Below, piece by piece: positions 37,986-50,200 of a stretch of DNA of 64,000 nucleotides. Position 1 is the first letter of the stretch. The number at the start of each line of letters is the position of its first letter. The stretch lies in assembly GCA_036172245.1 (NCBI GenBank), contig JAYWIR010000004.1:930001-994000 (forward strand), given 5' to 3'. The notes beneath the pieces are model-generated. The model saw nothing but the letters and a program-made list of their open reading frames with translations. It was not told the origin of the DNA and made no database searches. The translations under genes were made by a program, and so were the position numbers. Source of the DNA: Raillietiella orientalis (taxonomy: Eukaryota).

Positions 37986-40900
37986 CTGAACAATATCGGT
38001 TAACTGCCACAAATTAGCGAAGTCTGTAAGCAACTTTTACCTCCAACGATAATAGAGATGATTAGGTCTTTCCATCGCTAAGCGCATGGCTTTCTGGTAA
38101 ATCACTGAATTTGATGGTTGTGCCAATGCCAGCTGCACTGTACTAGTTTCTAAATCCAAATGATGACTGTTGGTTTGCACAAATGAAAGAAGATCTTCAA
38201 AGTCCTTTCGATGGTCATCCTGTGCACCACAAATGTACCGACGATACTTTCGTAGATCGTGCAAAAGCGAAAAAGTACTCGTCAATTGCAAGCGGGTTTC
38301 CACAAAACGCAAATCCAGAAACATATCTGGGAATAACTGCATCCGCTGTCCTTTTTCCAAATGATAACCCAAATGCCAATAAATGTAATCATCAGATGAT
38401 AAAGCTCCATAGTTGCCATTGCAATTATGCAAATAGCGATCCAATAAAAGCGCATGTAATGCAGCATAATCACGTGAACATGCTTGCAGGTATCGCAAGA
38501 TCAGTCTGTGCATACTATAAACCATGCACTCCTGTGACTCACTATACTGTTCCAACAACAAAGATTTCTCACACAATTTCCTTGCCACTTCATCTACTAC
38601 AGCTTCAGATTCTCCCCACAAGAGAGAAAGCACCTATAATTGGAAAAGGTAATAAATTCATCAGCATCACAAGCTAGTCACCTTGGAACTGATGCTGACA
38701 TCATCTCGAAAAATTGCTAGACTAAAGTATTTTTCCCGTAGCTCAATAGGTAGCACATTAATGCTTATACTAATAGCACGCTGCACACTATTAGATTCAC
38801 CATCTATTCTGCAAATGCATATATGTTACACACAAACCAAACATTCACTCCTAGTACCAAAAGATAATTTCATTTTACTAATGCTACTTACAAAACACTT
38901 GTATGATAACGAAGAAGTCTACAATAATTTTGCCATTTTTTGGGATGAGGGGAGCGAGACAAAAGACTACCCATCAAATCCATGACCATTGGAGAACCAC
39001 CACTTTCATCATGAATCATTTCAGCTTCTTTCGGAAGTTGAGTGACAGGAGTTGATGTCCATAAAGATAACAGATTCAAGGATTCCTCCTTTCTAAAACC
39101 AGCAGCCATCTTTGGAAAGAGGCATTTTCAATATGCATAAAGAACAGACTCACTGCAATTCCGTGTTTGTTACGAGTTAAACTATGAAGAATTCCTGAAT
39201 CTTGGGTGGTCAGTAATATCTTGCATCCCACATTAAAAACACTAGCTACTGTCATCTCATGAACATCATTGAGCACCAACAGCACTCTATTATTGACATC
39301 AGTATTAGCATGAAAGCTTTCCCAGAGAATCAAGGTAAGTTCTTGCACACTTGAGCAACTCAACATAAAGCTGAAGCTACCAGCTGGATCAAATCTTCGA
39401 ATTAGTGCTTTCAACTTGAAAAGTAAGTTTTCTTGAGAAAGGTTTCCTATCTGCAAGACATCTAATGAGCACACAATACGGGATACCATAAGAATGGGAT
39501 GCCTCTTGCATGCAGATCATATTACATCATGCTCTTTACATTCAGAAAGCATGATATAATGTTGACGAATCATAAAATAAATGTGATTACTCACAGAATA
39601 TTACGTGTGCTTTAATGATATGCTGATCAACATTAAGGTAACAAATTGCAAGACCACAGGCACCAAGCAATTAGAAGTTACAAAAGCAAAAAAAGAAGGG
39701 AAATGCTTTGAGTTATCTTGGTGCACTGAAAGGTGACGCATTTAAACTTAAAAACAAAAAAAAAGAAATATAAACAAAGGAAACTAAGGAACACAAACAG
39801 AAACAACGGGAAGCCAGAGTAATAATTTTAAACATAAAGCAACAACCACCAAAAACATCAAAACTTCATGAAAATCGGACTTCTTACCAATGCTAACTTC
39901 ATGTAATATTCCTTGAAAGTTTTAAACTGTTATTAGATCAGCGAAAAAGACATTCCATTTCTGAAAATGGGAACTGAAGACACAACTATCAAGCTTCTTG
40001 AAAATGAATTCAGTTCATTGTCAAGATGAGAGCATGATTCAAAAAAAATATGCGGAACACAGAAAACAAAATCTCATCGGTAATGCAAGAATAAAGATTT
40101 CATTACCAGGAATGGTTACAACCAAACCATAAATAACTGACAAACATCATGGGAGCAGTAAGAAATGTACAAAAAATAAAAAAAAATCATTAGAAAGATG
40201 GGATTTGCAAAATGGCAAATTCAATCAAATAAAACGCAGAAGAAGTAGCATAATTTTAAGTACAAGGCTTTGCCTAGCATACGGGCTCATATAAAGATAC
40301 TTCACACAGCATAGTACAATTCACTTAAAGATAACATTTCGGAAAATATTTTCCCAAACATACACACATTTAACTTGTTTTAACTATATAAACTTAATAC
40401 TATAACAAATTAGTTCTAAAAAGTGCACATTTCAAATCAGCAAAGTCAGCATAAAGCAATTACAAAAGTTCTTTAAATTGCTTAATTTAAATCATTTTTA
40501 TAATCTATAGTTCAAAGAGGCCGGAACTGAATTTGTGTACTGGATTTCAGCTATGCTGCTGGACTATAAATTCAAATAAGCAATTTTTCACATTGAGAAC
40601 CCAAAAACACTATTTTTAATTACAGTATTAATACATTGATAAAAGTTACAAATTTATGAAATTATTAAAAGTCAATAAAAATAAAAACAAACCAGGAAAG
40701 CAATTTTAATAAATCGATAAATATGACATTTGCACATTGACTCATATCATATTCAGCTCAATTTGAAAGTTTAATCACTTCACATTTCAACACTTTTGAC
40801 AATTCACTTACTTGGATCCAGTAAAACCCTCCAGGAAAAGTTTCACTCATAAACTGATAATCATATAATACTTCCAAAGTCAGCACAGTCTTTCCACAGC

Positions 40901-41484
40901 CTGCCATACCATGTACTACAACCCACTGAACAGAATCATCTAACAATGCATCCTTTATTCTCTTCACCTGATAAGTTTTTTTAAGGAAACATACAGGTCA
41001 GAATCTTGAAAGCATGTACTTATCAATCATACTTGTTCTGGTCTCCTTACTAAATGATATGGTAAAGAGGGTACATCACTTCTTCTGATCACAGAGGAAA
41101 AATCCTTTACAGTTTTAACTTCCTCATTTATAACCAGGTCTCCTATAGTGGCTAAAATATCATCACCTAACTTTTCTGAAAGCCAACAGTATTCTCTTTT
41201 TAATGATCTCAGAAAACCATTAAATGCTTTCGGTCCTTTTGTGGGTAGTCTCTGAAGCAGGCTTCGCATTTTATCTTTGCTTGTGCTTGACTAAAGAAAA
41301 TTTACAGTTATTGGCAATCCCCTAAGAAGGTTTTAAATTACATTAGTACCTTCTCAATGAGTTCTATTTCTTCTTCCGATAAAATATTCTCTGCAAGCAG
41401 AACATCTTTTGTGTATCTAAAATCCACATTATCAACAAGAAGATCCCAATTTTTCTTTAAAACTAGCTTTTCTTTCGGATCCAT
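35497..41484 (-). CDS. APAF1: Apoptotic protease-activating factor 1-like protein (CARD - NB-ARC - helical/WHD - WD40 repeats), ~1338 aa, 14 exons
   Basis: Phase-consistent GT-AG exon chain: 41484-41350, 41290-41033, 40967-40812, 39450-39154, 39109-38892, 38808-38682, 38633-38041, 37985-37859, 37813-37475, 37431-37233, 37189-36750, 36709-36458, 36420-36007, 35958-35497. N-terminal CARD (MDPKEKLVLKKNWDLLVD...LLQRLPTKGPKAFNGF); P-loop HGMAGCGKT (40887-40910) followed by FPGG.YW as in Apaf-1; GSP motif; 'DDYIYWHLGYHL', 'LDLRFVETRL', 'VQLAL.QP'; many GH...WD repeats (GHTDVVR...ASASSDHTIKLW). The acceptors at 36709 and 36420 and possible extra in-frame introns in the last exons are less certain. 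Confidence 0.92.
38041..40967 (-). other. Apaf-1 exons 3-7: NB-ARC, winged-helix and helical domain
   Basis: Walker A GMAGCGKT, Walker B position LLVLNDVH, sensor-I position LLTTQD, GSP, and MHD position MHR. Confidence 0.9.
41033..41484 (-). other. Apaf-1 exons 1-2: CARD domain
   Basis: Exon 1 (41484-41350) is below the ORF-track length cutoff but translates MDPKEKLVLKKNWDLLVDNVDFRYTKDVLLAENILSEEEIELIEK and splices over a 59-nt intron into SSTSKDKMRSLLQRLPTKGPKAF. Confidence 0.88.
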
Positions 41485-43449
41485 TTCTGATGATGAAAAA
41501 TCACTCGAAAGCTACTGTGTGCTGCTTTTACCGTGAAATTACTACTGTAAACTTCCATTCATAAACCTGAGCTAGGCCATGCCGCTTCATACCCAGATAA
41601 ACCGCATACTCAAAATCAACAGCAAACATCTGAATCCGTTGCCAAATATCTCTCTTAATATTAAAGTTGGAAATAAGATCCTAACAAAAATTAAGTAAGA
41701 AACATAATGTTTTTAACCCATACAGATACAAAAATGTATTCTATTAGTATTTGTATTTTGTTAGTGACTAATGGAATAATTGCTGCTCTAATTCTCAGAA
41801 ATTCAAAGATTTTTCAATTATGAGAATTAATTAGTGCAGCAGCTATTTCCCCAATCACTGAAGACTCTTAAAAAGAAATATATATTCCATTATTGAATGT
41901 TCAGAAGCATTCTCTGCAGTTTACGATTTAAATAAATTCGAAATTTTGGTTGTTCTTTCAACTATTTAAGCACAACATTCTACCTTTCCGATTATTAAAG
42001 AGGCAGTGCCCTATCTCGTCGCAATCTTTAAGGTGCAAAATCTATTTTCTATCAAAAAATTAGTAAAACTTCAGCAATTTATGTTAGTTTACTCCATTTA
42101 AAGCAAGTCGAAATACTCTGTCAATTAGTTTTTATCTCATATAAGTGCAGATGCACATGCTTGAGTTCGGATATACCATCATCTCGCCTCAATCCACTAT
42201 TCAAAAATATTGGAGTGATATTCTAAAAAGATATATTACATATATTAAGTACGGAACTATCTTGAAGTATAATGTGTAGTACCACTTATGATGATTTAAA
42301 GATTGCATTTAAGACCCTCTTGTAATGTTTGTTTGCTTTTTAAGAAAAATTCTTATACAAATGTTTTTTCGTTTGTCTTAATGGAAACGTCATTTGTAGC
42401 TTCATAATACATGTTTTCATTTTGATGTGACATGGAAAAACTTATTCCTTCCTTGGAACATCTAATAATTGTTATAATCAAGCAACTTATTTGCAAACTA
42501 CTCGGTGCTATATTTGCGATTGAGAACTAATTGATTTCTGTGTTTACTTGATTTTCCAATACCTGAACTTTAAAATCCCTAAAAAATTACTCCCATGTGT
42601 ATTATTATGCACAAAGTTTATATTATGTTTTAAACTAAGCAGATCTCCCTTCATATGTCCCTTTTTTTAATGAACATTCAATTTTTCGTTATTATAATTT
42701 TGTTTCCATCCACCTAAACTATGTGAGAAATTTATAACTTCTAATTTTATCTAGAACCACGGAACTGGTGGTTCCCATAGCACCTCAGAAACCAAGATCG
42801 CTCTTCATACAGCATGGACCGTTTACTGTTCACGGTCTTAAAAAAATAATTCTTCCTTTATGCTTATTATAGAAAATGCTCTCAATTAATTTATGCCAGT
42901 GACTTGTTTGTAAAGAGACTTTTGAATTCTTATTTTATTCCTCAAGAATTTCATTTCCTTATATTCTGGTTGTTCTCATCTCAAGTGGTGCGCCTTCCTC
43001 ATAGCTATCGAAAGAGTAAACATTAATTTTCGATGCTTGTGAAGCTACTTTATAGCAGCTCAGGCATCTTTCTGAGTCAGTGTTGCAGTGCATTGAAGCC
43101 AAACTGTTTCCTTTGAGAGTGCATATTCTAGATCTGCTGGAATTCAGATTTCTCCAAGTAAAATTCACTTATTTCATGATCTGGATGAACTAAATTTATT
43201 CAGCAGGAAAGTAGCCGAACACGAATTCTTCGGTGGGAAGGTATGGAAGGTCAGTGTGTATTCCTATCAGCTGTGAGTTCCAGTCTGCACCAGTTTTCTG
43301 GACCACCAACTCGGGCTGGAATACAACCCATAAGATAGTAGTGGGGAGCACTTGCAAAAGAGAAGCGAACCACCACACGTACTATAATCCTGAAATCACT
43401 GGAGGTGATGCAATTGAAGCAACCTAGACTGGGTAGGTATGCTCAGTGT

Positions 43450-46400
43450 TGAAGTGGACTCTTGCTTGTTTTTACATAAAAATGTGCAAGAACCGATAAA
43501 TAAATGTCAAGTTTTTGCTTTTATTTCAAGACACTCCTCATCATGGTTAGCAGAAATGTTCACCATTATGTCGGTGAGTGAGATGTGAACAAGATGCGAT
43601 ACACTTCGCAGAGGATTTACAACTCGAATGTGAGCTAGCAACATGCTGATAGCAAAAGAATGAAAGTAATCGAACTTCATCGAAGGAATGGAATCTCAAA
43701 GGAGCCCTTGTTGTGTGAAATGGGTTTCAATTCTTCGTCTTCTCAGCATCGCATGATGCGGAAGAGCATAAGATTAAGAATGAGTTTTCCTGAAACACTT
43801 CGGGGACTGCAAATGGCTGTTCTGAATATCACACTCAGTAGGTTTTTGGTCATCAATTTTTTCGACCCCCCAAAAAGATCAGAGGAATGCAGCCATAGGT
43901 GTATCACATATAAGATGAAAAAGTGCTCGTTTAACGATTCAAACTGTACCTCTGGTTCCACTTTGTTCCATTGAGAAAAATGGAATTCACAAATGGGCTA
44001 TCCTGAATGTTCTTGTTGAGTCAGCTCTAGAAGAAAGAATTAATCACCAGTGGAAGCAGAAGTTTCCAAGATGGGATCAAAAAACAGCCGACGTTCATTA
44101 TTGTGGGTGAAAATGTCGAATCGAGATTGATGAGTGCTGAAGCCCAAAGACAAGTACCTGCGCATTCCATTAAGTTGTCATCACATGCAAAAGAAATACA
44201 TCTGTTCTGAAGGCGACCATCGTTAAAGAAGGTGAATGGAGACTACAGAGAATCAAAATGCAAAATGAGAATGGAAATGCAAGATGTTTCCCTTACTATG
44301 AATTCAGTTTTCTAATTGAAAAGTGGAAGAAATAAGGGCAGACATATCGGACTTGAAGATTCTGAAGCACTTGACAGTAGTGGCTCAGCATAAAGAGCTT
44401 GACAAAGAAGAAAAGGCATCCTCCTAAAATCGGCCATGCCTCCAGCTGTTCCAAAATGAGCAAATTCACTATTCTGCTACTACAGCCTAACTAACATGGC
44501 TGCGATGCCGCTGATGCTGGGAGGTGAGAATAGATATTGGTCTCCGAGAGAATCCCAACCCTTCGTGAGGAGCGTGACTTTTGTTTCGGATAATGAGATG
44601 AGTTTAGCTCTCCTCAATGACCAACTAGAATCCACAATAGCATAGCGAAAACCAGGAATCAGCGATGTGCTCGATGATGAGGCAAAGCTACCCAGAGCAT
44701 CCTAAGCACCCTCCCATCCTCATCGTTTGTAACAGAAGTCGATGTTGGCGCCGTCCACGCTCCCTCTTGTCATGCATTCATGCATCCAGGATACATCCAT
44801 GTCCGGCGAAATCCGTTTCAGATGTGCCTAATCCAGTCAGAGTCCTCAAGGGACCGGATGTTTGTCCGCGTATATCGGACCGCGGACTTTCAAAAACAAG
44901 ACGCCATAAAAATGTTCTTCTTCTCTAAAAGTGCATTATTAGGGGTGCGGCATCCACTGGAAGGCAGACTGGAATTCGATAGAAATTCTCCTTTGGAAAA
45001 TCAAGATACACGGATCTTTCGGGCAGAGAGGCAAAAGAATGCTCACATGCCCATTACTCGAAGGAACGTACGTCGTCCCTTTGAGTGGTCTCGGGAACTC
45101 ATCAGACGAGGTTGCATCTTCTCCGTGGACACTGGTCTCAAGCTGTTGGACCCTCCGGACCGAACCGTCACGAAACTTTCAGGAGTCACTCTGCGCGCAG
45201 TGTCTGTCAAAAGCATCCGATCCCGACACCTACAGGCTCAGCCGTCAAAGCGTTCACGTCCGGTTCGCATCCGGAAAGATGGCCAAGCCAACGCAATATG
45301 TGGAAAGGCAACGAAAAGAAAGCACGCACCAAGAACCAGCTCTCCTCTCCTCATCCAGGATTTCCGGAGTCAATACGGTCATTCTCCGCAACATCCTTGG
45401 ATCGTGAGACAGAGAGAACGATGCGATGTTGTGAGAAGTGAGGATCTCGAGGCACTGGGAGGAAATAGATCGGGAAGGAGACGGTGCGTTCCAGCATCCA
45501 GCTCTCTATTGACAGTATCTACTGGAAGCATCGGCTGGGTGCGAAGAAACAACGCCTTTTGAACAGCAGCCTCGGCTCTGAGAAAAAGGAGGTGAAAAAG
45601 TAAACAGCCCCCTTGCCATCCAACTTTATCCCCTTTCATTTGATTGAACCAAAAGTGAATAAACCACAGACTAAGGACCGGAGCACCCCCGAAGCTTCCC
45701 TCATTTGTGGACTTTGTAAAAGCAGCAGCCACATTTCGCTTGCCTCAGCCAGATGACCTTTCCAGATTGTTGGGAAGTTTGGGATTCTGGACAACGACCC
45801 GAGCAATGACGTAAGCAGCGTATGGACAGTTGATGATCAAGCATCCGAGAAAATGCAAGCTCTATGGACAAACGAAGATAGCGATACCAAAACAACAATT
45901 GGATAATTCACGTGGACAAACAGATGAGGCACAAATGCACCCTTAGAGTGAGCACGGTCGAATGCAAGGAAGCGTGGTGCTTCTTCATCCAGAAGCATCC
46001 AGATGTGGGGAAAGTCTTGTCCTGCGTTGAATAACGCCGTGCATTCGGCCACCCCTGGCATTCCAGAGATCACCTACAGTGCTTCAACTACCGTTTCTTG
46101 CACGATGCTCGACAAGAAGGCCCCCACAGAAAGCGACGCGGACAGAACGCGCAGGCGGTGCTCGATATTGGAAGAGTTCTCGATGCACAGCCTCAACTGT
46201 TGCGCAAGATATTCCAACTTCACCCTAAGAGGTATGAACATTTAATCACCCCCAAGGAATTGATGCAAGGAAAATGGTTTCGATACCAACCAATCCTTCG
46301 AACTCGGGCGAGACTGGCGCACCATAGCAAAAGTCAAGATATAGCACTCAGCGTTGCCTGAGCATGTGGAAGCTCAGCATCGGAAAAAGTGCGGCAAAGA

Positions 46401-46850
46401 CAGGCCTATATAAGAAACTTTGTGCCCTCTTGGCCGACAAAGGCACCAGCTTCGGTAAAAAGCACCAGCGGTAAGATTTTCAAAATCGTGGGATTCGAAT
46501 GACGCTGCTCAGAGAACTTGGGATCCTTTTTACAGGCAGAAACGGGAAGCGGGAAGTTGGTGTGCACTAATATCGAGGATAGCCTGGGAATTCACTGGGG
46601 ACATGTCTTGGATCGCCAGCCAGGGCGAACAACCGTCAGAGAGCCTTTCACAGGATAACAAGATGGTGAAAATTGCAAGGAATCCTCCCCAACATCTCTT
46701 CCATGCGCTCAAACTGAGTAAAATGCCATGGAAACTCAAGATTTTTGGATGGTATCCATCCCTCATGCTAATCTCATTCTTCAGTGTTCCCATCATCAGC
46801 TTCAGATCTCAGGAAGAGCTCTAGGACTCCCTTTCGCTCGCATTCCGAGC
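43450..46850 (+). mobile_element. Decayed non-LTR retrotransposon relic plus a second RT fragment
   Basis: ORF 44780-45562 contains 'DFQKQDAIKMFFF' (GFR..RST.D.IF) and 'PFEWSRELIRRGCIFS' (F....GVRQGC.LSP). 46003-46245 has 'RTRRRCSILEEFSMHSLNCCARYSNF' (R.C..C...ED..H.L..C..Y). A further 'YRG*PG' (NYRGISL) lies at ~46570. Confidence 0.6.
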
Positions 46851-47201
46851 GAAATGCATTCCAGTAAGAAATTCAGTAGGCACTGAATTTTTTTTTTTTA
46901 TTATTTTCTTTTATTGCTTCAGAGTCGCCTTTCATCTGTTAGACCACGGAAAAGTATCTGAAAGAAAAGAAAAACTCAGCACTCCGGAGACGGGCATGAT
47001 TTCGAAGGTTCAGCCAAAGAACCCTCGGATAGTTTGGCAAACAAGGCAAGCCACATGCGATGGACTTCAAGGGGGATGCACCTTGGAACCGCAGTGACTC
47101 CCCACAGAGGCGACAAGACGAGGAATTCCCGCTGGCATCGTGCAGTTCGCAGCAGGACCCTCCGGTCTCCCGCCGGAATTCAACTCCCCCTCCCCCCCTC
47201 T

Positions 47202-50200
47202 TCACTCTTCGGCCATCATAGCGCTCTTGTAGACTCCGAACGGGCTGGGAGACGTCTTTTCTGCCACGTAGGTGTGCTCAGGACGGAATGGGCTCCTGCA
47301 TTCCGACTCTTCTGTATGGGTCCTGGTCTTAACCGAGGATACTCTTCTGTCGATACTGCCTCCTTTGCTGGACGAAAGGAAAGAATGCTTGTGGTTTGTA
47401 GAAGAGCTGGCACTCTCCGGTGTCATGGACCGAGCTTTCTGCGGCGCGGGCACGGTGATGTTGTACAGAGTTCTCACCCTGCTGCCTTGAGTTGGAGAGT
47501 TGCGATAGTTACTTTTGAAAGAGTGGATCCTAGAGTCGTTGAGGAGAGACTGCGATCTGTGGAGAGTAGACGCTGGGTTCGGCTTGCTGGTGGAGGACAG
47601 CCGCTGCTGCTGCTGCTGCTGCTGCCTGAGTGGGGTTTTCATTGTGCTCTTGTACCAGGACCTGTCTTCCATCAGGTTGGGAGTTGACTGGCTCAGCTTG
47701 GACTCTTCTTTCATCTGTGAGAACTTTTTGTATAGCGGGGCATTGAAGCGCAGCCTGGACTGGCACGACACTGAAGCTCCTTCAGGAGATGCGCAGAAGT
47801 TCTTTTCTCCGTGAAGAGGTGACGTCACGCCAGAATCGTCCGAGTGGCACGAGACACTCCGTTGCTTCTTAGCGAACGAGTTTCTGTTGCAACCCACGGG
47901 AGACGCTTGAGGCGAGATGGAAGTGGCGTAGGAATACTTCTCGGCATGCTGCTGCTGAGAAGCCGCCTTCAAGTGCTTCTTCCTAGGAGGAGGAATCGGG
48001 TATTCGCCGTTGCTCTCCAGAAACTTGGCAGAGTAGTGTTTGCTTGGAGGCGGATACTTGGTTTGCTCTTTTTGCTTCGGACTCCTGGCTTCCATTCCAT
48101 TATGGAGATGAGAGAACAGATCGGGAGCCGACTTGAGAAGACTCCTCAAGAATCTGTTTCTCTTGGAGGATGATTCCTCTTCGTGCGCCTGAATACGTTT
48201 CGACGAAGCACTCGTCCGCGGATCCGCCTTAGGAGTCTGCACCCACGGTGAAGAGTGCTCGCGATTCGCTATTGGCTGCTTGCTGGATGGTTCGAGGATC
48301 TTGCGGTCGGTGTCACCCCTTGCCTCCTGACCTTTCCTGGTGTCCATCGTGTGGTAGATGTAGGCGCTTTCCTGCTTTACGTGCTTTGGGGAGTGAGCGC
48401 AGTCTGCGTCCTTCGAACCGAACGAGTATTTCTTTAAGAAGTTGAAGCTCTGGCTTCGGGAGATGGGCACGTAGCCTCCGTTCTCTTTCCTGCTGGTGCC
48501 AACCTTCACTTTGGAAGCGGAAGAAGCCCTGCTCTTGTTGTCAGTTTTGCGCATGTTGCCGCGGACGTCTCCGAAGTAAAATCGCGGCAAGTTGGAACCT
48601 CCCGCCGGACTTTTGTCATCCAACTTCCGGGGCAGGGTCTGCGACTTGTCGAATTCGTGAACTCTTGTTTTGCTGGAGTTGCTGAGTTTCTTGTCGACCG
48701 TAAAGTACTCCTTCGTGTCTTCTCTTCTGTGCTTTCCAGCCTCGCTCCTTCCCGATGCGTACGGAGCCTTGCCGTCGTCCACGTCGGCGTGATAGTGAAG
48801 GAAGCTCCCGTACTCTCCGTAAGAATCGGAATGGACTTTTTCGTGCTTCGCTTCGAGGTGCTGACCATGGTGATAGCTGCTGTGACTTCTGGGACTGGCG
48901 GAGCTTTGGTGTGCGAATTCGTCCTTCTCCGCAAAACTCGTCCTAGACTTGCCTTGCTCTTTGTGCGCCTTGTCTCTCCTTGGTGCGAGGGGAGAGAGGC
49001 TCTTGAAATCACTGTGGAGGTGGCTTTTGCTTGTTGTCTTGCCGTTTGTGTAGCTGCTCTCGCGGTTAATGGGGATGTAATGGATGGGGGCGCTGGACAC
49101 CGGACTATCGGACTGATGGTTCAGCTCCTTCGAATAGCCGAGCGACCACTCGTCACTCATTCGGGGAGCGTATCTGCTTTCCAGAGGATCATCTGAGAAC
49201 AGAGACGCGTTTTTCAACTTTCCCTCGATCTCTTCGTCTTTCGTCAAGAAGATTTTGCTCCTGCTGGACCATGGAGACGATCTGATTTCGGGATGCCTTT
49301 CCCAAGCGGACGACCTCAGTGTGTTCGGAGTCTTCTCCCTCGGTCTCTCGGAAGAGAATGGAGGAGTGCTCCTCGATTTCAAGACGAAATCGTAAGGCAT
49401 CTCGGTTATTTCGTAGTTTCTCGAGCGATTCGATGTCTCCTTGACGCGATCCTTGGACGTCATCTTGAAAGGAGAGGGAGAAACAGGATGAGACACTATT
49501 GGCTGCTGCGAAGTTCTCTCGCTGGTGCTTCTAGCTGATTTCGTGGGCAGCATGGATATGTGGATGTTGTTACCGCCGTACACCGCGTTCGCCGGCTCCT
49601 TGACACCAAACTCATCGAAGGAGAACCTGTTGTAGATGCTGTCCATGCTGCCAAAATGGCTGTCCAGCCATTCCGAGGTCTCTCTCTTCCTCGACTGCTC
49701 CGCGATGTCGAACTGGGAGGAATGGTTCATTCTGTAAAACGGGTGCTGGAGGGATGCAAAGGCCTTATCAGTATCCCGGAGCTTCCCAGCTCTCTTCTCG
49801 TCTGATCGGCAGCCTGAACTCCTCCTCGTATGCTTCTCCTTGTCTTCGAATTTTTCTTCTTCCACATTTTCCGAGATGCCGCGACGTCCTTCTCCCAGCT
49901 TGACTCTTTCGAGAGGAGACATTATCCCGACGTACTCCACTACGTCTTCATCCCTGCTCTGGCGAATTTTGTAGAATTTGCTTTCCGTTTCCCTTTCTTC
50001 CGCACTGCTGGCGTCATCGGAAACCTTTTCGCTGTTGTGTACCAATTTTTCGGAAGTCGTTTGCCTCTCGTTCAGCAAGTCGGATCCGTTGACACTCTTC
50101 TTGTGGATGTTTTCCTCGTCGGTGAATTTTTTCAGCTTGGAGGAATGATGAATCACTGTTTTCGAGGAACTCTGGGAAGAGCTGTGAGGAGGAGAATGAT

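Noticed and set aside
35497..41484. Reading the CARD/NB-ARC/WD40 ORFs as a prokaryotic STAND (Avs-like) defence operon or as a fragmented pseudogene
   Set aside because: The ORF pieces are joined by phase-consistent GT-AG introns into one continuous Apaf-1-type frame.
42751..42774. 7-bp hairpin gaaccac/gtggttc adjacent to CTAG as a Helitron 3' end
   Set aside because: CTAG overlaps the stem instead of lying about 10 nt downstream, and there is no matching 5' end or second copy.
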